Counted from the first letter of the stretch, positions 35,131 to 45,815 are shown. The stretch: 64,000 nucleotides of DNA from Acidobacteriota bacterium (GCA_012521815.1 JAAYLR010000030.1:5434-69433), one strand, 5' to 3'. The notes: a model not told the origin generated them from the letters alone. Program-made: numbers and translations.

Positions 35131-35550
35131 ATGCTCCCCCTCCTCGTCCCGCTCGCTTCCCTTCCGGCCGCCGATTCGCTGCTCCGGCGGATCGTGGAGC
35201 AGGTCGCGGCCGCGCTGCCGGAGCTGCGGGTGCTCTGGCCGGAAGAGGAGGGCGGCCTCGGCGCGGCCCTCGCCACCGCCCGCTCGGTGGTCTTCCTCGA
35301 GCACGATCCGGCGGTGATCCCCACCAGCGTCGGGGTCGAGCTCCTGCGGGCCGGCGAGGCTCCGTCCGCCGGCGACGACGGGAGATACGCCGAGCTCCTG
35401 CGCGAGGCCGCGGCTCCCGCTGCGCGGCGCGCCCGCGTGCGGCTGCTCGGCAGCGGCGACGAACCCGCCGCCGAGGCGGCCGAGATCGTCGAGCTCGCGG
35501 TCCGCTGCACCCTGCGCCTCCTCGACGACTGGGCGCTATCGCCCGCCTGA
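35131..35550 (+). CDS. hypothetical protein (139 aa)
   Basis: Third positions are almost exclusively G/C from the ATG at 35131. No homology recognised and no clear SD. Confidence 0.35.
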   Translation: MLPLLVPLASLPAADSLLRRIVEQVAAALPELRVLWPEEEGGLGAALATARSVVFLEHDPAVIPTSVGVELLRAGEAPSAGDDGRYAELLREAAAPAARRARVRLLGSGDEPAAEAAEIVELAVRCTLRLLDDWALSPA

Positions 35551-35587
35551 GCGATTCGGGCGGCGGCGCCCGGGGAGCTCTCCGGCT

Positions 35588-36508
35588 TCAGAAGAGCGGA
35601 CCCGGCCCGAGGAGCAGCCCCCAGAGCGGGAGGGTCAGGAGGGAGACGAGAACCCCGAATCCGGCGAGCGCCGCGGCGAGCTCCGGCGCGAGCCGGTGCA
35701 GGCTCGCCAGGGCGGCGGCGGTGACCATCGGCGGCATCGCGCTCTCCAGCACCGCCGCCGCCGCCGGCAGCGGTGCGAGCCCGAGGGGCCGCACGAGGAG
35801 CAGGGCGAACGCCGGCAGGACGACGAGCTTGAGCAGGAGCCCCGCCGCGAGGGGTGCCCGCACCGTCCGCGGCAGCCGGAGCCGGAGCTGGAGCCCCAGC
35901 GCGAACGCCACCACCGGCAGGAGCGCTCCCGCGAGCTGGTCGAGCAGGCTGGCGACGACCGGCGGCGGGTCCGCCGGCATCAGCGTGAGCGCGAAGAGCA
36001 GCGCCGGAAACGGCGGGAAGCGGAGCAGCCGCCGGAGGAGCGCCCGCGCCGAGAGCGGTTCGCCGCCGCCGTAGCGGGCGAGCACCCAGAACCCCCACGT
36101 CGTGAGGAGGATGAACGAGCCGAACTGGTCGTACGCCACCGCGTACGGCAGGGCGTCGCGGCCGAGCAGCGCCGCGGTGAGCGGGTAGCCGAGGAACGAG
36201 GTGTTGCCGAGCGGCGCGCAGAGCAGCAGCACCGCCCGCTCGGCCGGCGCCAGCCGCAGCGCCCGGGCCACGAGGTGGACGAGCCCGGCGGTGGCGAGCA
36301 GGAGGAGCCACGGGATCGCCACGAGCCCGAGCAGGGACGGCTCGGGCCGCAGCCCCGCGGCGTGGCGCAGCACGGCGGCGGGCAGGCAGACGTAGAGGAC
36401 GAAGAGGTTGAGCGCGTCGGCCCCGGCGGCCGGGAAGGCGCCGAGCCGCGCCGTGAGCTTGCCGGCGGCGAAGAGGCAGAGGATGAGGACGAAGGCGTCG
36501 AGTGCCAT
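35588..36508 (-). CDS. AEC (auxin efflux carrier) family transporter
   Basis: 306 aa, about 10 predicted TM helices, typical AEC family layout. It lies 18 nt downstream of the decarboxylase gene on the same strand. Confidence 0.8.
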   Translation of the reverse strand: MALDAFVLILCLFAAGKLTARLGAFPAAGADALNLFVLYVCLPAAVLRHAAGLRPEPSLLGLVAIPWLLLLATAGLVHLVARALRLAPAERAVLLLCAPLGNTSFLGYPLTAALLGRDALPYAVAYDQFGSFILLTTWGFWVLARYGGGEPLSARALLRRLLRFPPFPALLFALTLMPADPPPVVASLLDQLAGALLPVVAFALGLQLRLRLPRTVRAPLAAGLLLKLVVLPAFALLLVRPLGLAPLPAAAAVLESAMPPMVTAAALASLHRLAPELAAALAGFGVLVSLLTLPLWGLLLGPGPLF

Positions 36509-36526
36509 GGACGGCGGCGCGAAACC

Positions 36527-38002
36527 TCAGCGCGGCGCCCCCTCGCCGGCGGCGAGCTCGGCCGCGAGCGCCGCAGCCTCCGCCTCGATCTGCTGCCAGG
36601 CCCGCTCGACATGGCGTGCCTCGGTCTGCGACTGCCCGACCATGAACCGCAGCGTGAACCGCCCGTCGAGGCGGGTGTGCGTGAGGTAGAGCTCGCCGCT
36701 CGCGTTGAGCCGTTCGAGGAGCCGCTCGCCGAAGGCATCGCCGTGGCGGGGGCGGAAGCAGACGAGGTTGAGCGGCGCCGGCGCCGCGAGCTCGAACAGC
36801 TCGGAGGCGGCGACCCGGCGGGCGACCTCCTGCGCCAGCGCCACGTGCCGCCGGACGTGGTGGCGGAGCCCCTCGGCGCCGTACCAGCGCAGCACGAACC
36901 AGAGCTTCAGTGCCCGGAAGCGGCGCCCGAGCGGCACCTGCCAGTCGCGATAGTCGATCACCGCCCCCGACTCGGTCGCCCGGTTCCGCAGGTACTCGGG
37001 GAGGACCGAGAGGGTGCGCACGAGCGCCGCGCGGTCGGCGACCCAGAAGGCGTCGCAGTCGAGGCTCGTGAACATCCACTTGTGGGGGTTGAAGCAGTAG
37101 CTGTCGGCCAGCTCGAGGCCGTCCTGCAGATGGCGCAGCTCCGGGCAGATCGCCGCCGTGCCGGCCATCGCCCCGTCCACGTGGAGCCAGAGCCCCTCGC
37201 GGCGGGCGATCTCGCCGATCGCGCGGAGCGGATCGACGGCGTTCGAGGAGGTCGTCCCGACCGTCGCGCAGACGAAGCAGGGAAGCCGCCCCGCCGCCCG
37301 GTCGGCCGCGATCGCCGCCGCCAGCCGGTCGGGGCGCAGCGCATGGTTCGCGTCGGTCTCGATCAGCCGCAGCCCCTCGCGCCCGAGGCCGGCGATCACC
37401 GCCGCCTTCTCGACCGACGAGTGGGTCTCGGGCGAGGCGTAGGCGACGAGCGGCGCCTGGCCGGCGAGCCCGGCCCGGTTCGTCTCCCAGCCCGTCGCCC
37501 GGTCGCGGGCGGCGAGCAGCGCGCAGAGCGCCGCCGAGGAGGCGGAGTCCTGGATCACGCCGCCGCCGGACGCGTCCGAGCGGAACGCCGCCGGCAGCCC
37601 GAGCAGCTCGACGAGCCAGTCGAGGACGTGGGTTTCGAGCTCGGTGCACGCCGGGCTCGTCGCCCAGAGCATCCCCTGCACGCCGAGCCCGGCGATCAGC
37701 AGCTCGCCGAGGATCGCCGGCCCGGAGGTGTTCGCCGGGAAGTAGGCGAAGAAGCTCGGCGACTGCCAGTGGGTGATGCCGGGGAGGATGATCCGCTCCA
37801 GATCGGCGAGCAGCGCCGCGAACGGCTCCGGCTCCTCCGGCGCCGACGGCGGCAGGAGCGCCCGGATCGCCCCCGGCTCGACGCGCGAGAGCACCGGCAG
37901 CTCCTCGACCCGCTCCTGATACCGGGCGAGCCACGCCAGGGCCTCCTGCCCGTGCCGCTGCAGCTCCTCCGGGGTCATGTGGTAACTCTGCCGCTCGCTC
38001 AT
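36527..38002 (-). CDS. pyridoxal-phosphate-dependent group II decarboxylase (aromatic-L-amino-acid / tyrosine decarboxylase-like)
   Basis: 491 aa from the ATG at 38002 (GGGGAGG SD). Has SFFAYFPANTS and the PLP-lysine motif CFNPHKWMF. The ORF 36527..38077 is over-extended. Confidence 0.85.
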   Translation of the reverse strand: MSERQSYHMTPEELQRHGQEALAWLARYQERVEELPVLSRVEPGAIRALLPPSAPEEPEPFAALLADLERIILPGITHWQSPSFFAYFPANTSGPAILGELLIAGLGVQGMLWATSPACTELETHVLDWLVELLGLPAAFRSDASGGGVIQDSASSAALCALLAARDRATGWETNRAGLAGQAPLVAYASPETHSSVEKAAVIAGLGREGLRLIETDANHALRPDRLAAAIAADRAAGRLPCFVCATVGTTSSNAVDPLRAIGEIARREGLWLHVDGAMAGTAAICPELRHLQDGLELADSYCFNPHKWMFTSLDCDAFWVADRAALVRTLSVLPEYLRNRATESGAVIDYRDWQVPLGRRFRALKLWFVLRWYGAEGLRHHVRRHVALAQEVARRVAASELFELAAPAPLNLVCFRPRHGDAFGERLLERLNASGELYLTHTRLDGRFTLRFMVGQSQTEARHVERAWQQIEAEAAALAAELAAGEGAPR

Positions 38003-38076
38003 CTCAGCCTCCCCCGCGGGCGCTCGCACCCGCCTGCTCGGGATCATCTCACCGCTGCCCGCGTTCACATCGCCCA

Positions 38077-38116
38077 CCAGAAACGAGACGGGGCGGGCCA
38101 GCCGGCCCGCCCCGTC
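38077..38116 (-). terminator. intrinsic terminator downstream of OPT transporter gene
   Basis: Perfect 13-bp GC stem gacggggcgggcc-agcc-ggcccgccccgtc at 38087-38116. On the minus strand it is followed by UCUCGUUUCU. Confidence 0.55.
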
Positions 38117-38139
38117 GCATCGGCAGCGCCGGTCGCGGC

Positions 38140-40200
38140 CTACATCACCGCGGTCGGCGGCGCCGGCTCATCGGCCTTCCCGGCCTTCGACAGCGGCACC
38201 CGGATCAGGTACCAGGCGAGGATCGCGAAGACCGGCAGCGCGAGCCACGGGGCGACCCCCGCGAGACCCGGGATCCGGTAGAACTCCGCCGGCTGGCCCA
38301 TCCGGTCGCGCACGAAGACCGCGGTGGCGACGAGCAGGCCGACCAGCGCCTCGCCCGCGATCAGGCCGGAGGCGGCGAGCACGCCGGCGTTCTCCACCCG
38401 CGCCTTCTGGGCGTCGTTGAACTGCCGCTTCTCCTTGCGGCGGTCGACGAAGCCGCGGATCATGCCGCCGATGAAGATCGCGAAGGTGGTCTCCAGCGGC
38501 AGGTACATGCCGACCGCGAAGAGCATCGGGCTCTTGACCCGGACGAGGATCAGGGCGATCCCCATCGCGATGCCGACGAGCACGAGCGGCCAGGCCATCT
38601 CGCCGCCCACGATCCCCTGCGAGACCGCGGCCATCAGGCCGGCCTGCGGCGCCGGGAGGTTCGGGCCGCCGAAGCCGCCGAGGGCGGGATTCGCCTTGAG
38701 GTCGGAGACGTGGAGGACGTAGAGCGGGAAGAAGAGCACGAGGCCGGAGACCACGATGCCGATGATGTCGCCGACCTGCATCTTCCACGGCGTACCGCCG
38801 AGGATGTGCCCGACCTTCAGGTCCTGCAGCATCTCGCCGGCCACCGCCGCCGAGACGCAGCCGACCGCGGCGACACCGAGCACCGCCGCCACCCCTTCCA
38901 TCCCCTTGGCGCCGATGATCACCATCGTGAGCGCGGCGACGATCGTCGTCGCGAGCGTCAGCCCCGAGATCGGGTTGTTCGACGAGCCGATCATGCCGAC
39001 GAGGTTCCCCGAGACCGCGGCGAAGAAGAAGCCGGTCACGAGGATCACGATCGCGGCGAGCACCGCGGCGCCGATCGCCTTGGTGAAGAAGAAGTAGAGG
39101 GCCACCATCAGCACCAGGATCACGCCGATGCCGAGGAGCACCGTCTTGAACGGGAGGTCGCGCTCGGTCCGGTCGGTCGGCGCGGCGGCGGCGGCCGACT
39201 TCTTCACGTCGGCGATGCCCCGCTTGATGCCGACCGCGAGGTTCTTGCGCATCTTGTAGAGCGTGAAGGTGGCGCCCACGAGCATCCCGCCGACCGCGAT
39301 CGGCCGGACGATGAACTGGTAGAGGTGGTTGGTGAGCTGCGCCCAGTTTTCGACCCCGGCGGCGTCGGTGTAGGTGCCGATCAGCGAGGGGCCGAGGAAG
39401 AAGACGAGCAGCGGCACGAACAGCCCCCAGGCCATCAGGCCGCCGGCGAAGTTCAGGGCGCCGAGCTCGGGGCCGATGATGTAGCCGACGCCGATGTACG
39501 CCGGGCTCGCCGCCGGGGCGTGCATCGTGGTGATGCCGCCCGCCGGCACCTTGTTCGAGGTGGCGGACAGCCCGAGCCGGACGAAGCTCTCCTTGAGCTT
39601 CCCGACGGCGAGCGCGAAGGAGTTGGACTTGGCGAAGACGCCGAGGTCGGCGAGGAGCTGGAGCAGCGCCCCGACGCCCATCGCGCGGAAGAGCTGCACC
39701 GCCGCCTCCGAGCCCTTCTGGCCGGCCTTGTGGATCTCCGCCGCGGCCCGCGACTCGGGGAACGGCAGCGTCTCGTCCTCGACCATCACCCGGCGGAGGA
39801 TCGTGACGAACATGATCCCGAGCAGGCCGCCGAGGATCATCAGCGCGCTCGCGAGCCAGTACTCGTTGCCGAGGTTGCCGGGCTCGAACTTCCAGATCTT
39901 GAGGATCACGAACGCCGGCACGGTGAAGATCGCGCCGGCGGCGACCGACTCGCCGATCGAGCCGACGGTCCGGGCGAAGTTCTCTTCGAGGATGCTGCCC
40001 CGGAAGACCCGCAGCACCGCCATGGCGATGACCGCGGCCGGATAGGTGGCCGCGATCGTCATGCCGGCCTTCAGACCGAGGTAGGCGTTGGCCGCGCCCA
40101 GGATCACGCTCAGCAGCAGGCCCAGGATCAGGGCCCGCAGGGTGAATTCGAGCATGCTGGTGTTGGCCGGGACGTAGGGCTGGTAGCGCTTGTCGCTCAA
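38140..40200 (-). CDS. OPT family oligopeptide transporter
   Basis: 686 aa polytopic membrane protein with OPT-family signature segments. TTG start at 40198-40200 preceded by GGAGGAGG (MSDKRYQPYVPANTS...). The long ORF 38140..43074 is over-extended. Confidence 0.85.
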   Translation of the reverse strand: MSDKRYQPYVPANTSMLEFTLRALILGLLLSVILGAANAYLGLKAGMTIAATYPAAVIAMAVLRVFRGSILEENFARTVGSIGESVAAGAIFTVPAFVILKIWKFEPGNLGNEYWLASALMILGGLLGIMFVTILRRVMVEDETLPFPESRAAAEIHKAGQKGSEAAVQLFRAMGVGALLQLLADLGVFAKSNSFALAVGKLKESFVRLGLSATSNKVPAGGITTMHAPAASPAYIGVGYIIGPELGALNFAGGLMAWGLFVPLLVFFLGPSLIGTYTDAAGVENWAQLTNHLYQFIVRPIAVGGMLVGATFTLYKMRKNLAVGIKRGIADVKKSAAAAAPTDRTERDLPFKTVLLGIGVILVLMVALYFFFTKAIGAAVLAAIVILVTGFFFAAVSGNLVGMIGSSNNPISGLTLATTIVAALTMVIIGAKGMEGVAAVLGVAAVGCVSAAVAGEMLQDLKVGHILGGTPWKMQVGDIIGIVVSGLVLFFPLYVLHVSDLKANPALGGFGGPNLPAPQAGLMAAVSQGIVGGEMAWPLVLVGIAMGIALILVRVKSPMLFAVGMYLPLETTFAIFIGGMIRGFVDRRKEKRQFNDAQKARVENAGVLAASGLIAGEALVGLLVATAVFVRDRMGQPAEFYRIPGLAGVAPWLALPVFAILAWYLIRVPLSKAGKADEPAPPTAVM

Positions 40201-40365
40201 CAGGTCTCCTCCTCCGGTGAAGCGGTTCGCGTCCCCGGAGGCCGCCGGGCCCGGGGGGGACGGTTCACGGCATACCGGCGGATTGTACAGTCTGGACCGC
40301 TCTTCCACCCCCGACCGTCCGGGCAGGGCGCCCACGGCCGCGCCGCTCCGGTAGCATGACCTCCC

Positions 40366-43300
40366 GTGGCCGTCCCTTTCCCCCTCCCTCCCGGCACCCC
40401 TCGCGAGCTCCACGTCTCCCGTGAGGCCCGGGACCGGTACCGCTTCGACGAAGACCTCTTCGGCTTCACCGGCCGCGCGCTGATCGCCCATTTCGCGGCC
40501 GCCCGGCGCTTCGCGGCGGCGATCAACGCCCGCCGCGACACCGTCCGCCACCCGGAGCAGGCGGTCTCGACCGGGGAGATCGCCGCCGCCGGGCTGATCG
40601 ACGAGATCAACCACCTCCTCCTCCGGCGGTTCCGGGAACGGGCCGACCCCGGGCTGCTCGGCCGCGCCCTCGCCCTCTTCGGGGAACGGCTCGGCACCGC
40701 GGCGGTGCAGCAGACCCTCGCGGGGTTCTGCGACGAGTTCCCGCCGGTGGCGGTCTACCGCCGCCAGCTCGCCCCGGAGAGCTGGCTCGCCGGCGCGACC
40801 GGCGGCGAGCCGCACCGCGAGGCGGCGCTCGAGGAGCTCGCGCTCCTCTGGCTCAACAACCTGAACCCGGCCTTCGTGCGTCACCGCGAGCTCTTCGACG
40901 ACCGGCGGCTCGCGGCGACCACCTCCTACAACCAGGTCGTGGCGGGGTTGCGGGAGGCGTTCGGACGCCACCCCGTTCCGGCCGAGCTCGCCGGCGAAGG
41001 GGGCGAGGAGAACATCCTCGACCTTCTGCGGGCGGCCGCCCTCGCCGCGCCGCACTCCGCCGAGGCGCAGCTCCGGCTCCTGCTCGCCCGTTTCGGCGAC
41101 CTCGTCGGCCACGACCTCGCTCGCGAGCTGCTCACTGCGCTCGACGTCCTCAAGGAGGAGGGGCGGGCGCTGCTCGCCGCCGGCGGCGGCTTCGGCGCCC
41201 CCGCGGAGCTCCGCGCCGCCGAGCTGCCGCTGCCCGCCTTCGACGGCCTCGCCGTCGAGCCGGAGGCGTTCACGGCCGACCGCGCCTGGATGCCGCGGCT
41301 CGTGCTGCTCGCGAAGAACGTCTTCGTCTGGCTCGATCAGCTCTCCCGGCGCCACCGGCGGCCGCTCGCGACGCTCGCCGAGATCCCCGACGCCGAGCTC
41401 GACGAGCTCGCCCGCCGCGGGATCACCGGTCTCTGGCTGATCGGCCTCTGGGAGCGCAGCCCCGCCTCGCGGCGGATCAAGCAGCTCATGGGCAACCCGG
41501 AGGCGGCGGCCTCGGCCTACTCGCTCTTCGACTACGTGATCGCGGGCGAGCTCGGCGGCGAGGCGGCGCTCGCCGACCTCGCGGCGCGCGCCGCGCGGCG
41601 GGGGATCCGGCTCGCGAGCGACATGGTGCCGAACCACGTGGGGATCGACGGCCGCTGGGTGCTCGAGCATCCCGAGTGGTTCATCCAGCTCCCCTACCCG
41701 CCTTTCCCCTCCTATTCGTTCGACGGCCCCGACCTGTCGCCCGATCCCGCGATCGGCATCCACCTCGAGGATCACTACTACCAGCGGAGCGACGCCGCGG
41801 TCGTCTTCCGCCGCACCGACCGGCGTACCGGCGAGGTCCGCTACCTCTACCACGGCAACGACGGCACCCACATGCCGTGGAACGACACCGCGCAGCTCGA
41901 CTACCTCCGCGCCGACGTCCGCGAGGCGGTGATCCAGACGATCCTGCGGGTGGCGCGGCAGTTCCCGATCGTCCGCTTCGACGCCGCGATGACGCTCGCC
42001 AAGCGCCACTACCAGCGCCTCTGGTACCCGGAGCCCGGCACCGGCGGCGACATCCCGTCGCGCGCCGGCCGCGGCCTCTCGCGCGCCGAGTTCGACGCCC
42101 AGATGCCGCAGGAGTTCTGGCGGGAGGTGGTCGACCGGTGCGCCGCCGAGGTGCCCGAGACGCTTCTGCTCGCCGAGGCGTTCTGGCTCATGGAGGGGTA
42201 CTTCGTCCGCTCCCTCGGGATGCACCGGGTCTACAACAGCGCCTTCATGGTCTGCCTGCGCGACGAGGAGAACGCCAAGTACCGGCGGATCCTCAAGGAG
42301 ACGCTCGAGTTCGACCCGGAGATCCTCTACCGGTTCGTCAACTTCGTGAGCAACCCGGACGAGCGCACCGCGGTCGATCAGTTCGGCAAGGGGGACAAGT
42401 ACTTCGGCGTCGCCACGCTGATGGCCACCCTCCCCGGCCTGCCGATGTTCGGCCACGGCCAGATCGAGGGGTTCGCCGAGCGGTACGGGATGGAGTACCG
42501 CCGCGCCTACCACGACGAGGAGCCCGACCCGTGGCTGCTCGCGCGCCACGAGCGGGAGATCTTCCCGCTCCTCCACCGCCGCGCGCTCTTCGCCGGCGTC
42601 GAGGAGTTCTGCCTCTACGACCTCGTGGGCGACGAGGGCGGGGTGCGCGAGGACGTCTTCGCCCTCTCCAACCGCCGCGGCCCGGAGCGCGCCCTCGTCC
42701 TCTGCAACAACGGCCCCCACCCGCAGAGCGGCCGGCTCTTCCGCGCCGCGCCGGCGGCCGAGAAGCTGCCGGACGGCACGAAGCGGCTCCGCGAGCGCAC
42801 CCTCGCCGAAGGGCTCGGCCTCGCCGGCGGCCCGGACCGGATCCTCCTCTGGCGGGAGCCCGGCAGCGGCCTCGAGTACCTGCGGCCGAGCGGCGAGCTC
42901 GCGGCCCACGGCTTCCCGGTCTCGCTCGGCCCGTACCAGACCCGGGTCCTGCTCGACCTGCGCGAGCTCACCGACGCCGACGGCCGCTACCACGCGCTCG
43001 CCGCCGAGCTCGGGGAGCGCGGGGTGCCGAGCGTCGAGGAGGCGCTGCTGGAGATGGCGCTCCGCCCCCTCCACGCCCCGTTCGCCGCCCTCCTCGCCCC
43101 GGACCTCACGGCCGCCCTCCTCGCTCCCGCCGCGAGCCCGGACGAGGAGAGCTGGTGGCTCGCGACCGCAGCGGCGCTTCCGGAGACGGAGCGCGAGGAA
43201 GAGCTCCCCGATGCCGACGGCGGCGAAGCGCAGGCCCCGGACGAACCGGCGGCCGATGGGGAGACCGTGCTGCCTCCGCTCGCCGACGGCGTCAGCGAAG

Positions 43301-44214
43301 AGGCTCCGGCGGAGCGGGCACCGGAGGCCGCCGAGGAGGCGGTCGCGCCCTCTCTCGCCGCGGATGCCGAAGACGGAACCGGCGCGGAGATTCCCTCCGA
43401 ACCGGCCGTGGACGATCTCGAACCCGCGGCCTCGGAGACCGTGGCCACGGCTCTCCCGGAGCCCGCGCGACGGCTGGAGGCGGCGCTCGCCACCGCGCTC
43501 CGTGCGGCCGCCGAAGAGGCCGGGATTCCGGAGGCGGACCGGGAGGTCGCGATCGCGGCGGTGACCGCCGGCGTGCTCCCCGGCGTCGCCAGGCTGCGGG
43601 CGCTCGTCGCCGCCGCCCGGAGCGACGAGGAGAGCCCGGCGGCGGTCCGCCTCCGCGCGGCGTTCGGGCCCGGAAAACGGGAGGCGGGGCTGCTCGCCTG
43701 GCTCCTCCTCCGCGACCTCGGGAGGCTCGCCGGGGAGGCGGAAACCGGGACGGCGGCGACGGCGGTGCGCGAGCGCACCGCGGCCTGGTTCGACGACTGG
43801 CGGCTCGGCCGGGTCGTGGCGCGGCAGCTCGCGGCCGGGGGGCTCTCACCGGCGGCGGCCGAGCGGGCGGTCCAGGCGGTGCGGCTCCTCTTCCTCCTCG
43901 AGAGGCCCGGCGCGCGCGCCGCCGCCGCCGAGGTCCCCGCCCTCTTCGCCGAAGCCGCGGCGAGCGAGGCGGGGCGCACGCTGCTCGGCATCCATCCGTA
44001 CGACGGGGTGGTCTGGCTGCGGCGCGAGGGGCTCGACGAGCTGACCGCCTGGCTCCTGCTCGCCGCCCGACTCGAGACGCTGGATGCCACCGCCGGGGAG
44101 ATCGCCGCCGCCGGCGGCCGTGTCCTCGCCGCCCGCGCCGAGCGTGCCGGCTACCGGCTGGAGCCCCTCCTCCGGACGCTCACCGGCGAGCCGGACGCCG
44201 ACGCCGACGCCTGA
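40366..44214 (+). CDS. alpha-amylase family (GH13-like) protein with about 450-aa Ala/Glu-rich C-terminal extension
   Basis: Catalytic region motifs DMVPNHVG and FDAAMTL. The C-terminal third is low-complexity acidic/Ala-rich. GTG start at 40366 is uncertain. Confidence 0.7.
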   Translation: MAVPFPLPPGTPRELHVSREARDRYRFDEDLFGFTGRALIAHFAAARRFAAAINARRDTVRHPEQAVSTGEIAAAGLIDEINHLLLRRFRERADPGLLGRALALFGERLGTAAVQQTLAGFCDEFPPVAVYRRQLAPESWLAGATGGEPHREAALEELALLWLNNLNPAFVRHRELFDDRRLAATTSYNQVVAGLREAFGRHPVPAELAGEGGEENILDLLRAAALAAPHSAEAQLRLLLARFGDLVGHDLARELLTALDVLKEEGRALLAAGGGFGAPAELRAAELPLPAFDGLAVEPEAFTADRAWMPRLVLLAKNVFVWLDQLSRRHRRPLATLAEIPDAELDELARRGITGLWLIGLWERSPASRRIKQLMGNPEAAASAYSLFDYVIAGELGGEAALADLAARAARRGIRLASDMVPNHVGIDGRWVLEHPEWFIQLPYPPFPSYSFDGPDLSPDPAIGIHLEDHYYQRSDAAVVFRRTDRRTGEVRYLYHGNDGTHMPWNDTAQLDYLRADVREAVIQTILRVARQFPIVRFDAAMTLAKRHYQRLWYPEPGTGGDIPSRAGRGLSRAEFDAQMPQEFWREVVDRCAAEVPETLLLAEAFWLMEGYFVRSLGMHRVYNSAFMVCLRDEENAKYRRILKETLEFDPEILYRFVNFVSNPDERTAVDQFGKGDKYFGVATLMATLPGLPMFGHGQIEGFAERYGMEYRRAYHDEEPDPWLLARHEREIFPLLHRRALFAGVEEFCLYDLVGDEGGVREDVFALSNRRGPERALVLCNNGPHPQSGRLFRAAPAAEKLPDGTKRLRERTLAEGLGLAGGPDRILLWREPGSGLEYLRPSGELAAHGFPVSLGPYQTRVLLDLRELTDADGRYHALAAELGERGVPSVEEALLEMALRPLHAPFAALLAPDLTAALLAPAASPDEESWWLATAAALPETEREEELPDADGGEAQAPDEPAADGETVLPPLADGVSEEAPAERAPEAAEEAVAPSLAADAEDGTGAEIPSEPAVDDLEPAASETVATALPEPARRLEAALATALRAAAEEAGIPEADREVAIAAVTAGVLPGVARLRALVAAARSDEESPAAVRLRAAFGPGKREAGLLAWLLLRDLGRLAGEAETGTAATAVRERTAAWFDDWRLGRVVARQLAAGGLSPAAAERAVQAVRLLFLLERPGARAAAAEVPALFAEAAASEAGRTLLGIHPYDGVVWLRREGLDELTAWLLLAARLETLDATAGEIAAAGGRVLAARAERAGYRLEPLLRTLTGEPDADADA

Positions 44215-44256
44215 CGGCCGGCGAGGCCGGGGCCCTCCGGTCCGGGAACCGCCGTC

Positions 44257-45681
44257 TCAACCGGCCCGGCGCTCGGCGCGAGCGGCGGCGACGGCGGCTT
44301 CCCGCTCGCGGCGCTCCTCGTCGCTGAGCGCCCACTTCCGCACCGAGACCGTCGCCTTCATCTTCTCGATCACCTCGAGCGCGATCTCCCGCACCAGCGG
44401 CTCGAGGGCAGCGACGCCGTCGCCGGTGAGGAGGCGGCCGACGAGGGCGTCCGACATCTCGGCGAGCGCCCCTTCGCCCGCCGGGGTCCGGGAGGTGGCG
44501 GCGAGGGACTCGACGGTCGCCTCGATCACGAGGCCGCCGATCGCGCGGGCGAGCGGGCGGACGACGAGACCGGGCAGCGGCACCTCGTCGAGCGCGCGGG
44601 AGCGGGCGACGGCATGGTCGAGGTGGAGGGCGAGGAGCCGGTGCAGGCCGGCGAGCAGCTCCGGATCGGCGAGGAGGCTCCCGATCTGGCTCGCGAGCTC
44701 GCCCGCGATCGCCTCCCGCCGCCCGGCGACGACCTCCGCCGCGATCCGCCGGTGGGTGCCCGCGAGGAGCTCCTCCTCCAGCTCGTGGAGCAGGACGAGC
44801 GCCACCCGGTCGGAGACCTCCTCGGCGATGATCGCGCCGATCGTGCCCGCGGCGCGGCTGAAGAGATCGCGGCCGACGCTCGACAGCTCGCTGCGGCGCA
44901 GCCGCATGTAGATCGAAACCGCGCGCAGCGGCCGGAAGAGCCGGAAGTAGGCGGTCGGCAGGAGGCCGATCACGTCGTACCAGTGGAAGAGCGGATAGAA
45001 CCACCAGCGCGCGTCGCGCCCCCGCCGCACCGCCCCGCGCCAGCGCCAGGCGAACTCGCCGACGAAGAGGAGGAGGAACGGCAGGTCGAGCTTCCAGAAG
45101 TTGTCCTCGAGGGCGCCCGTGCGGTCGTACTCGCGGTAGAAGTTCGGCACGAGCAGGGGGCGCAGCTCGCTGTCGAAGAAGGCGAGGCGGTGGCGCAGCA
45201 GCTGCCGCTCGGGCGGCCAGAGCGCCACCGCCGCCGCCGAGGCGCGCACCGGATCGGCGAGCTCGAGCGTCGGGATCTCCAGCTCCGCCGCCACCCGCCG
45301 CCGTACCGCCTCGAAGCTGCGACCCTGCCCGGAGCGTTCGAACGGGTTCTCGACCAGCAGCCGGGCGGTGAGGGCCTGGAGCGTCTCGAGCCGCGCCGCC
45401 GTCGGCTCGCGCCCGGGCTCGAGCTCCACGCCCTGGCGCACCGCCTGCTCTTCGGCGAGCAGAGCGGCGGTGAGCGGATGGGGCTCGATCCCCTTGACCG
45501 GATCGTAGAGGCGCACGAGCGGCGGCAGGAAGCGCTGATAGGTCGGCCGGAGGAGCAGGTAGGTGAGGTCGAAGAGGATGAGGCAGAGGTTGATCAGCGC
45601 CACCCAGACCATGAAGACGTCCCAGAGCAGCTCGCGGCCGAGCCTGCCCCGGGGATGCACCTGCGCCAGCAGCTCCTTCAC
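44257..45681 (-). CDS. hypothetical membrane protein with S4-like arginine-periodic helix
   Basis: 474 aa. GTG start with GGAGGAGGTGG SD. TM segments include YFRLFRPLRAVSIYMRLRR (Arg every third residue). Confidence 0.55.
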   Translation of the reverse strand: MKELLAQVHPRGRLGRELLWDVFMVWVALINLCLILFDLTYLLLRPTYQRFLPPLVRLYDPVKGIEPHPLTAALLAEEQAVRQGVELEPGREPTAARLETLQALTARLLVENPFERSGQGRSFEAVRRRVAAELEIPTLELADPVRASAAAVALWPPERQLLRHRLAFFDSELRPLLVPNFYREYDRTGALEDNFWKLDLPFLLLFVGEFAWRWRGAVRRGRDARWWFYPLFHWYDVIGLLPTAYFRLFRPLRAVSIYMRLRRSELSSVGRDLFSRAAGTIGAIIAEEVSDRVALVLLHELEEELLAGTHRRIAAEVVAGRREAIAGELASQIGSLLADPELLAGLHRLLALHLDHAVARSRALDEVPLPGLVVRPLARAIGGLVIEATVESLAATSRTPAGEGALAEMSDALVGRLLTGDGVAALEPLVREIALEVIEKMKATVSVRKWALSDEERREREAAVAAARAERRAG

Positions 45682-45815
45682 GCTCCCACCTCCTCCATCG
45701 TGCGGATCCTAGCCCTCCCGCCGGGGCGGCGCCCGCGAGAAGGGAGGGAGCTGGTGATAGCGTTCCCGCAGCCGTTCGCCGCGCACCCGGCACCCAGACC
45801 TTCGGAGGCCCGCCG

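Noticed and set aside
34545-36074. ORF 34545..36074 (+, 509 aa) and ORF 34590..37934 (-, 1114 aa)
   Set aside because: These are low-complexity artefacts. The real minus-strand gene is only the 3' 372 nt (34590..34961). The rest overlaps the AEC transporter and decarboxylase genes in the wrong frame.
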